Assembly (NCBI GenBank): GCA_977017645.1
Contig: OZ360238.1
Coordinates: 5,890,001-5,954,000 of the forward strand
DNA: 64,000 nt
From: Torpedo marmorata
Taxonomy: Eukaryota
Direction: 5' to 3'
This document shows, one piece after another, positions 11,961 through 23,916 of the stretch. A program made the position numbers and the translations under genes. The notes under the pieces are model-generated. The model ran no database searches. It was not told the DNA's origin and was given only the letters and a program-made list of their open reading frames with translations. How positions within the stretch are numbered: the stretch's first letter is position 1; the number at the start of each line of letters is the position of its first letter.

Positions 11961-12624
11961 AAACTGTATATTATCTATGTATTCTGTATTTTTTTCTTCT
12001 TTTTTTACAGTATCCACTTCACCCCCCCGTCGGACTTGTTCTAAAAGAAGGGGTGAATGTGGTAAACCACTTTGTATGTATTATGGCCTGAGGCAGGTAT
12101 GACCATGACCTGTCTGTCTGTCCCGGTGACCCCTCCCCCTTTACCTGGAATAAAGGCCTTGAGCCAGCAACTCCTCCCCCAGTTCCGGGACAATCCAGCA
12201 GGGATCATCAGGTCAAGGCATAGTCTGCCCTGGCTTTGATTCTGTTAATAAAAGCCTTGTTAATTCCTGCACTTCTAGACTCGTGTCGGTTATTGATAGG
12301 TATATCATGCCCATTGCAGTGAAAGGAGGTTGGATGGAGAATATTTACAAGGAAATGTAGTTGTGGTCTCTGCAGCCCGCAGAAAGTTGCCGGTGATCGC
12401 TGGCGCCATTTTTTTTGCATGGACATGGACCCCAAGATCTCTCTGTACCTCCGCACTGTTAAGAATCCTGCCATTAACCACGAACTCCACCTTAAGTCAG
12501 GGTGTCAAACTGATTGAGGCGATGTGATGGAGGTGTGCAAGATCAGGATGGGGTTGAGTAAGGAAAAGGGTGAGATTAACAGAGGTCAGGAACGCAGATT
12601 TTTAATTTTGAGCAAATTTTTAAA

Positions 12625-12860
12625 AAAATTTAGAGATACAACAAGGTAACAGGCCTTTCTGGCCCACGAGCCCACACCATCCAAATACACACTTGTGACT
12701 AATTAACCAACTAACCCCGTACATCTTTGGACCGTGGGAGGAAACCGGAGCACCTGGAGGATACCAACGTGGTGACGGGGAGAACGTACAAACTTCTGAC
12801 AGACAGCAGCAGATTCGAACTTGGGTTGCTGGGGCTGGAATAGCATTGTGCTAACCGCAG
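12625..12860 (-). mobile_element. Diverged V-SINE/HE1-like SINE
   Basis: Same head, core and tail as 5875-6136 but more diverged. Confidence 0.75.
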
Positions 12861-13162
12861 TGAAAATGTGAGGTGTTTATTGTTGTTTCTGAGAATGGTT
12901 GGGACGTGGGGTTCAATGCATGTGGGTAAGTGGACGTGGACACAATCGGGCCTTTCAAGGGGGAATGGGTGAGAATATTGGTGGTGCTGTGGACAGTCAG
13001 GAGAGTTGTCTATGGATATAGATGAGATGGTAGTTTGGGAAGAGCATTGGCAGTGGCGGATTAACTACCACCCGGGCCCTAGGCTGAGCTTTAGTAAGGC
13101 CCCCCCTGACCTCGCCCCCCCCTGCCCCACGACCCCCACCCTTCGTCCAACGCTGTTACTGT

Positions 13163-13328
13163 GGTAAAACACAGAAATGCTGGATGAACTCAGCCGGTCT
13201 CGTAGCGTCCACAGGAGGTAAAGATACCTTGAAGAAGGGCTCAGGCCCGAAACGTTGGTAATACATCTTTACCTCCTACAGACGCTGCGAGACCTGCTGA
13301 GTTCCTCCAGCATTGTGATTTTACAACT
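13163..13328 (+). mobile_element. Penelope-like terminal-repeat fragment in inverted arrangement with a hammerhead-like motif
   Basis: Inverted arms AATGCTGGATGAACTCAGCCGGTCTCG... and ...CGAGACCTGCTGAGTTCCTCCAGCATT flank TTGAAGA-AGGGCTCAGGCCC-GAAACGTT. Same terminus as the GIY-YIG-bearing copy at 38244-39090. Confidence 0.75.
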
Positions 13329-13555
13329 CAATTTACAAATGCAAGTTCGGCTTCTCCCTTTCGTTTTGCTGAGATTTCATTCAGAACAATTTATACTTTA
13401 CACGTTTTCTACAACTGTCGCACGTATAATAACAGACCAAATATCCCTGCAGCGAAGGAATGAATTAGGCTTCATTTATTAATAAAACTTGATTATGCAA
13501 AATCACAGTACAACAATGATTAAAAACGTAAACATATTAAAGTTCAAACAATCGC

Positions 13556-16500
13556 AAAAATAAATAACGCTGGTGACAAAGGGCATCCTTGTCTAGTAGA
13601 TCTAGTCAGGGGAAATCTTGAAGAAATTTGTCCATTTTTAATTACTTTAGCAGATGGTTCTTTATATATAGTTTGAATCCAATTAATAAATGTAGTTCCA
13701 AAACCAAATTTCTCCAATACCTTAAATAAAAAATTCCACTCTAATCTATCAAAAGCCTTTTCAGCATCTAGCGTTAATACTAATGGTAAATCTTCCTTCT
13801 TTTTATGTACATTAATTAAACTAATTAATCTAGCTATATTATCTTTTGAATATCTATTTTTAATAAAACCAGCTTGATCTACATGAATTAAATCTGGTAA
13901 ATAATTAGCCATTCTATTTGCTAAAATTTTTGCCATTATCTTATAATTTACATTTAGCAATGAAATAGGTCTATATGATTCAGTTTTCAGTACATCTCTA
14001 TCTTTTGTAGGTATAACTGTAATTATTGCATTCAAAAATGTATCCAGTAACGAATGGGTTTCCGTAATTTGATTCAATACATCCATATACGGAGGTATCA
14101 ATAAATCTTTAAACTCTTTATAAAATTCTGATGGAAATCCATCTTCACCTGGAGATTTACCACTCATTAAAGAAGTAAGAACTTCATTAACTTCCCTCAT
14201 TGAGAAAGGTAAATCTAAAGATTCTCTACTTTGAGTATTTAATTTAGGTAATGTAATTTTAGATAAAAATCTAATAATTTTAGAATCATCTTCATCAATC
14301 TGAGATTTATATAAATTCAAATAATAATCTTTAAAAGAATCATTTATTTCTCGAGGTTTATAAGTTATTTCCCTAGAATTCTTTTTCTTTATAGCATTTA
14401 TAGTTCTAGAAGTTTGATCTTTTTTAAATTGCCATGCCAAAACTTTATGTGCTCTTTCTCCTAACTCATAATATCTTTGTTTAGTTCTTCCAATTAATTT
14501 TTCCATTTTATATATTTGTAATAAATTATATTGTAATTTTTTCCCAAACTAAATTATTCCTTTTTTGAACTGATCTATTTTTTTGTAAATCTTTTTCCAA
14601 GCACTCAATCTCCTTCTCTAAATTATCTACCTCCCGAAGATAATCCTTCTTGATTTTAGCTGAATAACTTATTATTTGACCTCTTAAATAAGCTTTTAAA
14701 GCTTCCCAAATAATAAATTTATTATCAGTAGAATTAGAATTTATTTGTAAAAAATCCTGAATTTCCCTTCTCATATAATCACAAAAATCTTTTCTTTTTA
14801 GTAAAGAAGAATTAAATCTCCAGCTATATACAGTTTTCTCTTTTTCCGGAATTATACAAGATATTAATAAAGGTGAATGATCAGAAATTATTCTCGCTTT
14901 ATAAGATACTTGCGTTATTCTGTCTTGAACCTGTGAAGACAATAAAAATAAATCTATCCTAGAATATGAATCATGTCTAAAAGAATAAAAAGAATAATCT
15001 TTTTCTCTAGGGTTCAATTTTCTCCAAATATCTATTAAATTTAAATCTTTCATCAAAGTGAGAACTCTTTTAGCAATTTTAGTTTTAGCAAGTGATCTTG
15101 AAGTTTTATCCATTATTTATTTTGGCGATAGGACCTTTGGCAGAATTAGTTAGAAAAGATGCTAAAATTGTAGGTATTAAAGTTGGAATGGAAGAACATA
15201 AAATTAGTTTATTTGCAGATGATGTATTGATATATATGACAAAATCTATTACATCTTTAGTACAATTGTTTGCGTTATTGAGAGAGTATGGGGAAATATC
15301 TGGATATAAAATTAACTCTGATAAAAGTGAAATTATGGCATTATCACAAGGGGATTATAGTAAGTGTAAAGAAATTACACAATTTAAATGGGCAAAAGAA
15401 GGAATTAAATATTTGGGAATAAGGATTGATACAAAATTGGCTAATTTATATAAATTAAATTATCTACCATTATTTGTGAAAATAAAAAAAAAATTAGAAA
15501 ATTGGAAAGATTTACCTATAACTTTAATCGGAAGGGTAAATTGTATTAAAATGAATGTTTTTCCAAGAATTCAATATCTTTTCCAATCAATTGCTTATGA
15601 AATTCCTCAAAAATTTTTTAAAGATTTAAATTCAATTATTAGGAAATTTTTATGGAAAGGAAAGTTAGCAAGTATAGGTATAGAAAAATTAACTTGGAAT
15701 TATAAAATGGGTGGTTTACAACTTCCTAATTTTCAAAATTATTATAAAGCAGCTCAATTAAAATTTGTTAATGAACTTTTTGATTCAACTAAATCTTCTG
15801 CTTGGATTAAAATAGAATTAAATAATATAGGAGAAGATTACAAAGAAGAAGTTATTTATAAATGGGATTCTAAATTAATATCAACAAGAAGGAAAAATTC
15901 TCCTATTCTTAAACATTTGTTAGAAATATGGAATAAGACGGATAAGGAAATAGGAGGAAAAGGAACGATTTCTCCAAAGATGCCTTTATATCAAAATGAA
16001 CTTATTCCATTTACTATTAATAATCAATTATTTAAAATTTGGTTTCTAAAAGGAATTAAGAAAATAAATGACTGTTTTGAAGCTGGGAAATTTATTACGT
16101 TTCAAAGAATGAAAGATAAATTCAATATATTGGATAATACACTTTTTGCTTATTATCAAATTAGAGCATTTTTGATTGAGAAATTAGGTTATAGTTTGAT
16201 CTTACCAAGACAGAATGAATTAGAATTATTAATTACTAAAGGAGATGTAAATAAATTTATTTCTCAAATGTATAAATTGTTTCAGAGGAAAACTCCTAAA
16301 GTAGGAATTCATAAATCAAGATTAAAGTGGGAATTAGATTTGAATGTAACAATAGATGAAAATTATTGGAAAGAATTATGTAAATTAAGTATGACGAAGA
16401 TTATTAATGTTAGATATAGATTAGTACAATACAATTTTTTTCATCAATTATATTTAACACCTAAAAAATTAAAGAAATTTAATCCGACATTATCAGGTTT

Positions 16501-19500
16501 ATGTTTTAGATGTAATAAAGAGGAAGGTTCTTTTGTACATTCTACATGGTTTTGTCCAAAAGTTTATGATTTTTGGTTGAAAGTTAAAAAATTTTTAACC
16601 ATATAACCATATAACAATTACAGCACGGAAACAGGCCATTAGGCCCTTCCAGTCCGCACCGAACCAAACATTCTTATCTAGTCCCACCTACCTGCACCCT
16701 GCCCATAACCCTCCACTTCCTTCTCATCCATATACTTGTCCAACTTTTTCTTAAATAATAAAATTGACTCTGCCGCCACTACTTCTCCCGGAAGCTCATT
16801 CCACACCGCTACCACTCTCTGAGTAAAGAAGCTCCCCCTCATGTTACCTCTAAACCTCTGCCCCTTAACTCTTAGCTCATGTCCTCTTGTTTCAATCTCT
16901 CCTATTTTTAATGGAAATAGTCTATCCACATCCACTCTGTCTATCCCTTTCATAATTTTAAATACCTCTATCAAATCCCCTCTCAACCTTCTACGCTCCA
17001 AAGAATAAAGACCTAATATGCTCAATCTCTCCTTGTACTCTAGATTCTTAAACCCAGGTAACATTCTGGTAAACCTTCTCTGCACTCTCTCCACCTTGTT
17101 GATATCCTTCCTATAATTTGGCGACCAGAACTGCACACAGAACTCTAAATTAGGCCGTACTAAAGCCTTATATAATCTCAACATCACTTCCCAACTCCTA
17201 TATTCTATGCAATGATTGATAAAGGCCAGCATACTAAAAGCCTTCTTCACCACCCTATTCACATGAGTTTCCACCTTCAGGGAACGATGCACCGTTATTC
17301 CTAAATCTTTCTGCTCTTCTGTATTCATCAATGCTCTCCCATTTACTACATATGTCCTGTTCTGATTCTTCTTACCAAAATGAAGCACCTCACACTTATC
17401 AGCATTAAACTCCATCTGCCATTTTTCAGCCCACTTTTCTAAGCAGCCCAAATCCCTCTGCAATCCTTGAAAACCTTCTTCATTATCCACTATTCCACCT
17501 ATCTTAGTATCATCTGCATATTTACTAATCCAGTTTACCACCCCATCATCTAGATCATTGATATATATAACGAACAACAATGGGCCCAATACAGATCCCT
17601 GAGGCACACCGCTGGTCATGGGCCTCCAACCTGACAGACGATTATCCACTACCACTCTCTGGCCTCTCCCTTCCAGCCAATGTTCAATCCATTTGACTAT
17701 CTCAGAATTTATACCTAAAGACTGCACCTTCCTAACTAACCTTCCATGCGGAACCTTATCAAAGGCCTTACTGAAGTCCATATAGACAACATCCACCGCG
17801 CTACCCTCATCCACATTCCTAGTCACCTCTTCAAAAAATTCAATCAGATTGGTCAAACAGGACCTTCCGCTCACAAATCCGTGTTGAGAGTTCCTGATCA
17901 GACCCTGTCTATCCAGATATTTATAAGTACTATCTCTGAGAACATTCTCCATTAATTTACCTACCACAGACGTCAAACTTACAGGCCGATAATTGCCAGG
18001 CTTCCTCCTTGAACCCTTTTTAAATAACGGAACCACATGCGCAATACGCCAATCCTCCGGCACTATCCCCATCTCTAATGACATTTGGAAAATCACCGTC
18101 AGAGCCTCTGCTATTTCTTCGCTTACTTCTCTCAAGGTCCTGGGGAAGATCCCGTCAGGTCCCGGAGACTTATCCACCTTTATATGCCTCAAAAGCCCTA
18201 ACACTACATCTTTCGTAATCCCTATATTCTCCATATTTACCCAATTTGCTTTTTTTATCTGGCATATCTCAATATCCTTCTCCTTGGTGAATACCGAAGA
18301 AAAGAAACTGTTCAATATCTCCCCCATTTCTCTAGGCTCCACACACAGTTTTCCGCTCTGATTCTCTAAGGGACCAATTTTGTCCCTCGCTTTCCTTTTA
18401 CCATTAACGTATTTGTAAAAACCTTTTGGATTAATTTTCACCCTGCTTGCTATAGTCTCTTCATACCTTCTTTTAGCTTTCCTAATTCCTCTCTTAAGAT
18501 TCTTTTTACATTCAATGTATTTTTCAAACATCTCCTTTCCATGCTTCTTATACTTAATGTGCGCCTCCCTTTTTTTTCGAACCAAGTTTCCAATATTCCT
18601 CGAAAACCACGGCTCTCTCAAACCTTTTGCCCCTCCTATTAACCTAACAGGAACATAAAGCCTTTGCACTCTCAAAATCTGATCTTTAAAAGACTTCCAT
18701 CTCTCTACTACATCCTGCCCATAAAACAAATGGTCCCAATGCACACCCTGTAAGTCCCTTCGCATCTCCTCAAATCTAGCTTTTCCCCAATCGAAAACCT
18801 CAACCCTTGGCCCTGACTTATCTCTTTCCATAATGACATTGAAGCTGATGGCATTATGATCACTGGACCCGAAGTGCTCGCCAACACAAACCTCTGTCAC
18901 TTGACCTATCTCATTTGCCAACAGTAGATCTAACACTGCTCCTTCTCTGGTCGGTACCTCTACATATTGTTGTAAAAAACTATCCTGCACACATTTCACA
19001 AACTCCAACCCATCCAGCCCTTTCACAGAATGTGTTTCCCAATCTATTTGTGGAAAATTAAAATCTCCCACAATCACAACCCTGTGCTTATCACAAATAT
19101 CCACTATCTCCCTACAGATTTGCTCCTCTAGGTCTCGGTCCCCTCCGGGTGGTCTATAATACACCCCTACAAGTGTAACTTCTCCTTTCCCACTTCTCAG
19201 TTCTACCCAAATAGCCTCCGTGGACGAGCCCTCTAATCTATCCTGCCTAAGTATTTAAGATTACATTTCCAATGGATCCTATGATATTTTTGTTTGGAGA
19301 TATTAGAAAACTTAGTATTAAGGTGAAATTAAATATGTACCAAATAGAATTTCTGCGAATTGCTTTAGCTGTTTCAAAGAAATGCATTGCTATTACTTGG
19401 AAATCTGATCTCGATTTAGGGTTACAAAGATGGCATGCAGAACTTCGTTCATGTATACCACTTGAAAAAATTACTTATAATTTACGTAATAAATATCATT

Positions 19501-19827
19501 TCTTTTTAAAAATTTGGAGCCCATATATGAAAGTTGTTGGTTTAAGGATTTGAAGATCTCTAGACATCGGATCTACTGGCATACCTGACCTCCACAATAG
19601 AATTAGTTTATAGATGTATGTTCTCCTCACTCTATCTTTTTCTTTTTTATTATTTTTATTTTATTTTTTATTTTTTATTTTTATTTTATTAGATTAGTGG
19701 GGTTGGGAGGGTTAGGGAGGGGAGGGAGGGAGGGGGGGGTGAAAATGTATCACAAGTACTTTGATAATTTCATATTTTACCTTATGTATTTTGTGATTTA
19801 AAATTTTAAATAAAATATTTTTTTTTA
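13556..19827 (+). mobile_element. L1-clade LINE with 5' inversion (minus 13556-~15113; plus ~15113-16597 and 19249-19827), interrupted by CR1
   Basis: Minus ORFs 14526..15113 and 13544..14506 cover endonuclease to QGCPLSPALFI. Plus ORF 15092..16606 continues LFILAIGPL..FADD. ORF 19272..19553 is the C-terminus. 17-bp TSD AAAGTTCAAACAATCGC at 13539-13555 and 19828-19844. Confidence 0.93.
16597..19248 (-). mobile_element. CR1-clade LINE, 5'-truncated, with uninterrupted ORF2 (828+ aa)
   Basis: ORF 16678..19164: YYRPP, VGDFN, SDHN, PQGSVLGP, YADD, FFTQRVV. (ATATGGTT)n 3' tail. No TSD; a few L1 bases are missing at the junction. Confidence 0.95.
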
Positions 19828-19977
19828 AAAGTTCAAACAATCGCTATCACCTTTGGTTGTATTATTTGAAGAGAAATCACTGATTAAGTTTAATATTATA
19901 TAAATCCAACAATTAATTTAATGTGCAACCTTTTTTTGCTGACCCTGTCAATTTCAACAAAATGTTAAAGCGATAGG

Positions 19978-20172
19978 CCCTTCCCCGTCCCGCTGGGCAG
20001 GGAGAGGTCGCGTCCCCGTCCCGCTGGGCAGGGAGAGGTCGTATCCCCCGGCCCCATCCCGCTGGGCAGGGAGAGGTCGCGTCCCCGTCCCCCGTCCCGC
20101 TGGGCAGGGAGAGGTCCCCGTCCCGCTGGGAAGGGAGAGGTCCCCATCCCGCTGGGAAGGGAGAGGTCCCTG
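19978..20172. repeat. GC-rich minisatellite, ~25-36 bp unit CCCCGTCCCGCTGGGCAGGGAGAGGT(CGCGT), ~6 copies
   Basis: Tandem copies are directly visible. It lies inside the native part of the hAT element. Confidence 0.85.
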
Positions 20173-20621
20173 ACTCACAGCCGCATGGAAGCCTTTGAAC
20201 AAGGGCCCCTGCCCCGTCGCCCCTCCACTCCCCAGGGACAGGACAAATGGCCCTGGAATGATGGTCAGACAAAATGGAATTTTTAATAATAATATATGGT
20301 TAGTTTCGACTTTAATTTACATAATTCTTATCAATGTTTTAATTAGCAGCATTAATTTTGGTAGCCAGAGTTCAGTGCGCTCTCTGTTCTTTATCTTCAC
20401 CAATCGTGAGTAAAACCAATGATTGTCAATTTTATAATGTTTGCTGTTTGCTTTGAATTAGGCATAAAGCAATGGCTTTGTCATGGGGAACGACTGGAAG
20501 TAAGTAGGATGCTTCAGGTTTCACGCGTGAAGTTTCGTGTCCCAGTAAATCCTTTCTCCGAAAGGCAGTTACAATGCTCAACTTCCTTCAACTTTGGCAC
20601 TTCGTGTTTACTCAGTCCCGT

Positions 20622-23560
20622 CCATATAACCATATAAACCATATAACATTTACAGCACAGAAACAGTCCAGTTCGGCCCTTCGACTCCATGCCGATCACA
20701 TTCTCCCACCTAGTCCCACTGACCCGCACCCGGCCCATAACCCTCCACACCTCTCTCGTCCATATACCTATCCAACTTTTCCTTAAACATTAAAATTGAA
20801 CCTGCATCTACCACTTCGGCTGGAAGCTCATTCCACCCTCCCACCACCCTCTGAGTGAAGAAATTCCCCCTCATGTTTCCTCTAAACCTTTCCCCCTTCA
20901 ATCTCAATCCATGCCCTCTTGTTTGAATTTTCCCCTCTCTCAATGGAAAAAGCCTGTCCACATTGACTCTATCTTTCCCCTTCATAATTTTAAATACCTC
21001 TATCAAATCACCCCTCAACCTTCTACGCTCCAGGGAATAAAGTCCCAGCCTGTTCAACCTTTCCCTATAACTCAAACCCAGAAACCCAGGCAACATTCTT
21101 GTAAATCTCCTCTGCACTCTCTCTATTCTGTTTATATCCTTCCTGTAATTCGGTGACCAAAACTGCGCACAATATTCCAAATTTAGCCTCACCAATGCCT
21201 TATACAACTTCAACATGACATCCCAACTCCTACATTCAATACTCTGATTTATGAAGGCCAACATACCAAATGCCTTCTTCACCACCCTATCTACGTGTGA
21301 CTCAACTTTCAGGGAATTATGTACCAGAATTCCTAAATTCCTCTGTTCTACTGCACTTCTCAATTGTCTTCCATTTAACATGTATGATCTTTGCTGATTA
21401 ATCCTACCAAAATGTAGCACCTCACATTTATCAGTATTAAATTCCATCTGCCATGTTTCCGCCCACTCTTCTAACTGTCCTATATCCCCTTGCAAGCTTT
21501 GATATCCTTCTTCACTGTCCACAACACCACCAATCTTCGTATCATCTGCATACTTACTAATCCAATTTACCACCCTATCATCTAGATCATTAATATATAT
21601 GACAAACAACAATGGACCCAGTACCGATCCCTGAGGCACTCCACTTGTCACCGGCCTCCAATTTGACAAACAATTTTCCACCACTACTCTCTGGCATCTC
21701 CTATCCAACCATTGTTGAATCCATTTCACTACTTCGTCGTTAATACCTAATGCTTGAACCTTCCTAACGAGCCTCTTATGCGGAACCTTGTCCAACGCCT
21801 TACTAAAGTCCATATAGACAACATCCACAGCCTTCCCCTCATCAACCCTCTTAGTAACCTCATCGAAAAACTCTATGAGATTTGTCAAACATGATCTACC
21901 ACGAACAAAACTGTGTTGACTACTCCTAATCAATGCTTGTCTTTCCAAATAACTGTATACACCATCTCTAAGAACACTCTCCATTAATTTACCCACTACC
22001 GATGTCAGACTCACAGGCCTATAATTTCCAGGTTTACTTTTGGAGCCCTTCTTAAACAGCGGGACAACATGAGCTACCCTCCAATCCTCTGGCACCTCCC
22101 CCGTGGCCAGTGACATTTTAAATATTTCTGTCAGAGCCCCCACTATTTGTACACTAACCTCCCTCAGAGTCCTCGGGAATATCCTGTCAGGACCTGGAGA
22201 TTTATCCACCTTTATACTCTTTAAAATAGCCAATACTACCTCCTCGTTAATCTTTATATTATCCATGACCTCCCTGCCAGATTGCCTTACTTCACCTGCC
22301 TCAATATTCCTTTCCTTTGTAAATACTGAAGATAAAATTCATTTAAAATCTCCCCCATCTCCTCTGACTTCTCACATAGCCTACCCGTCTGATTCTCAAT
22401 GGGCCCAATTTTATCCCTCACTATTCTTTTGCTTTTAATGTACCTGTAGAAACCCTTTGGATTTATTTTTACCTTGCCTGCCAAAGCAGCCTCATATCTC
22501 CTTTTAACCTTTCTAATTTCTTTCTTAAGATTTTTTTACACTCCTTATATTCCTCAAGGACCTCATCTATTCCCTGCTGTCTATACCTGTTGTACACATC
22601 CCTCTTCCTCCGAACCAAATTCCCAATATCCTTTGAAACCCAAGGCTCCCTATATTTTCTAACTCTTCCTTTAATCCTCACAGGGACGAACCGACTCTGT
22701 ACTCTCAAAATTTCCCCTTTGAATATCCTCCATTTATCTGTGACATCCTTTCCTAAAAATAAATGATCCCAATCCACACCCTCTAAATCCTTCCTCATCT
22801 CCTCAAAATTTGCCTTATTCCAATCAAGAATCTCAACCTTAGGCCCAGCCCTATCCTTCTCCATTATCAACCTAAAACTAATGTTATTATGATCACTTGA
22901 CCCAAAGTGTTCCCCAACACAAACCTCTGTCACCTGACCTATCTCGTTCCCAAATAGGAGATCCAATACTGCCCCCTCTCTAGTCGGTTCTTCTATGTAT
23001 TGATTTAGAAAACTTTCCTGAACACATTTGACAAACTCCAACCCATCCTGCCCTATTACAGTATGGGCGTCCCAGTCAATATGTGGAAAGTTAAAATCAC
23101 CTATAATCACCACCTTATGCTTATTACACATATATTCTATCTCCTTACAAATTTCCTCCTCTAATTCCCTCTGCCCATTCGGTGGTCTATAATACACTCC
23201 CATTAGTGTTTTCATGCCTTTCCCATTCCTCAATTCCACTCAAATAGCCTCACTGGACGAGCCCTCCAATCTATCCTGCCATAGCACCGCTGTAATGCTT
23301 TCTCTAACAAGCACTGCGACCCCTCCACCTTTTATCCCCCCTGTTCTATCACGCCTAAAACAACGGAATCCAGGAATATTTAGCTGCCAATCACACCCCT
23401 CCTGCAACCAAGTTTCACTGATGGCTACAATATCATATTTTCATGTATCAATCCATACTCTAAGCTCATCCACCTTTCTTACAATGCTCCTTGCATTGAA
23501 ATATATACACTTGAGAGAATGTCCCCCACATACACTCCTTTGATTACCCTCTCCTTCATT
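20622..23560 (-). mobile_element. CR1-clade LINE with essentially complete but frameshifted ORF2
   Basis: Minus ORFs 22469..23239, 22287..22484 and 20710..22266. Endonuclease start CIYFNARSI near 23480-23510. (ATATGGTT)n tail at 20622-20648. 5' boundary approximate. Confidence 0.92.
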
Positions 23561-23916
23561 AACTTTAACATTCTGGTTCCTCTCTTCCGATATATATTGT
23601 GCATCGTGGCCTTTTTGAACTGTTACTATCCATTAAAGACGCCATGCCTGGAAATGGACTGGGTTAAATTCTGCGCGGAAGAGTCAAAGAATGCTTGGAG
23701 AAGTTGCAGCGTTCATTCGAGGCACTCAAATCAGTGCAGTGTTCGCTGTGGATTCACATCCCTGCCACAACTCCTCTTGCCCTATCCACTTCCTCGTCAC
23801 TGATCGTTTATACGAAGGTCCGTAGAGCCAGCCTCGGATGGTTCCACCCGAGGTGTGCTTCAACAGATGGGCCCCAAGGCTTCAGCCTACTCAGCCTAAT
23901 GGTTAATCCACCACTG

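Larger units (their letters stand above)
7582..12307 (+). mobile_element. Full-length Ty3/gypsy LTR retrotransposon (4726 bp)
   Basis: 250-bp LTRs at 7582-7831 and 12058-12307 (TG...CA, identical by eye). 5-bp TSD TGCCC at 7577-7581 and 12308-12312. Polypurine tract AAAAGAAGGGGTGAA at 12043-12057. Domain order gag-PR-RT-RH-IN. Confidence 0.97.
5487..12417 (-). mobile_element. Rex1/Babar-type LINE, 5' end present and 3' part lost, interrupted by a SINE and by the gypsy element
   Basis: Minus ORFs with [46 protein letters not shown] and DPFQFAYR. The 5' end AAAATGGCGCC lies at ~12403-12413, beyond the gypsy TSD. Confidence 0.8.
13051..23916. mobile_element. Non-autonomous hAT DNA transposon (~1.5 kb native) expanded by nested insertions
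   Basis: 15-bp TIRs CAGTGGCGGATTAAC (13051) and GTTAATCCACCACTG (to 23916) with 1 mismatch. 8-bp TSD AGCATTGG at 13043-13050 and 23917-23924. The flanks rejoin as a CR1 RT fragment. Confidence 0.88.
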
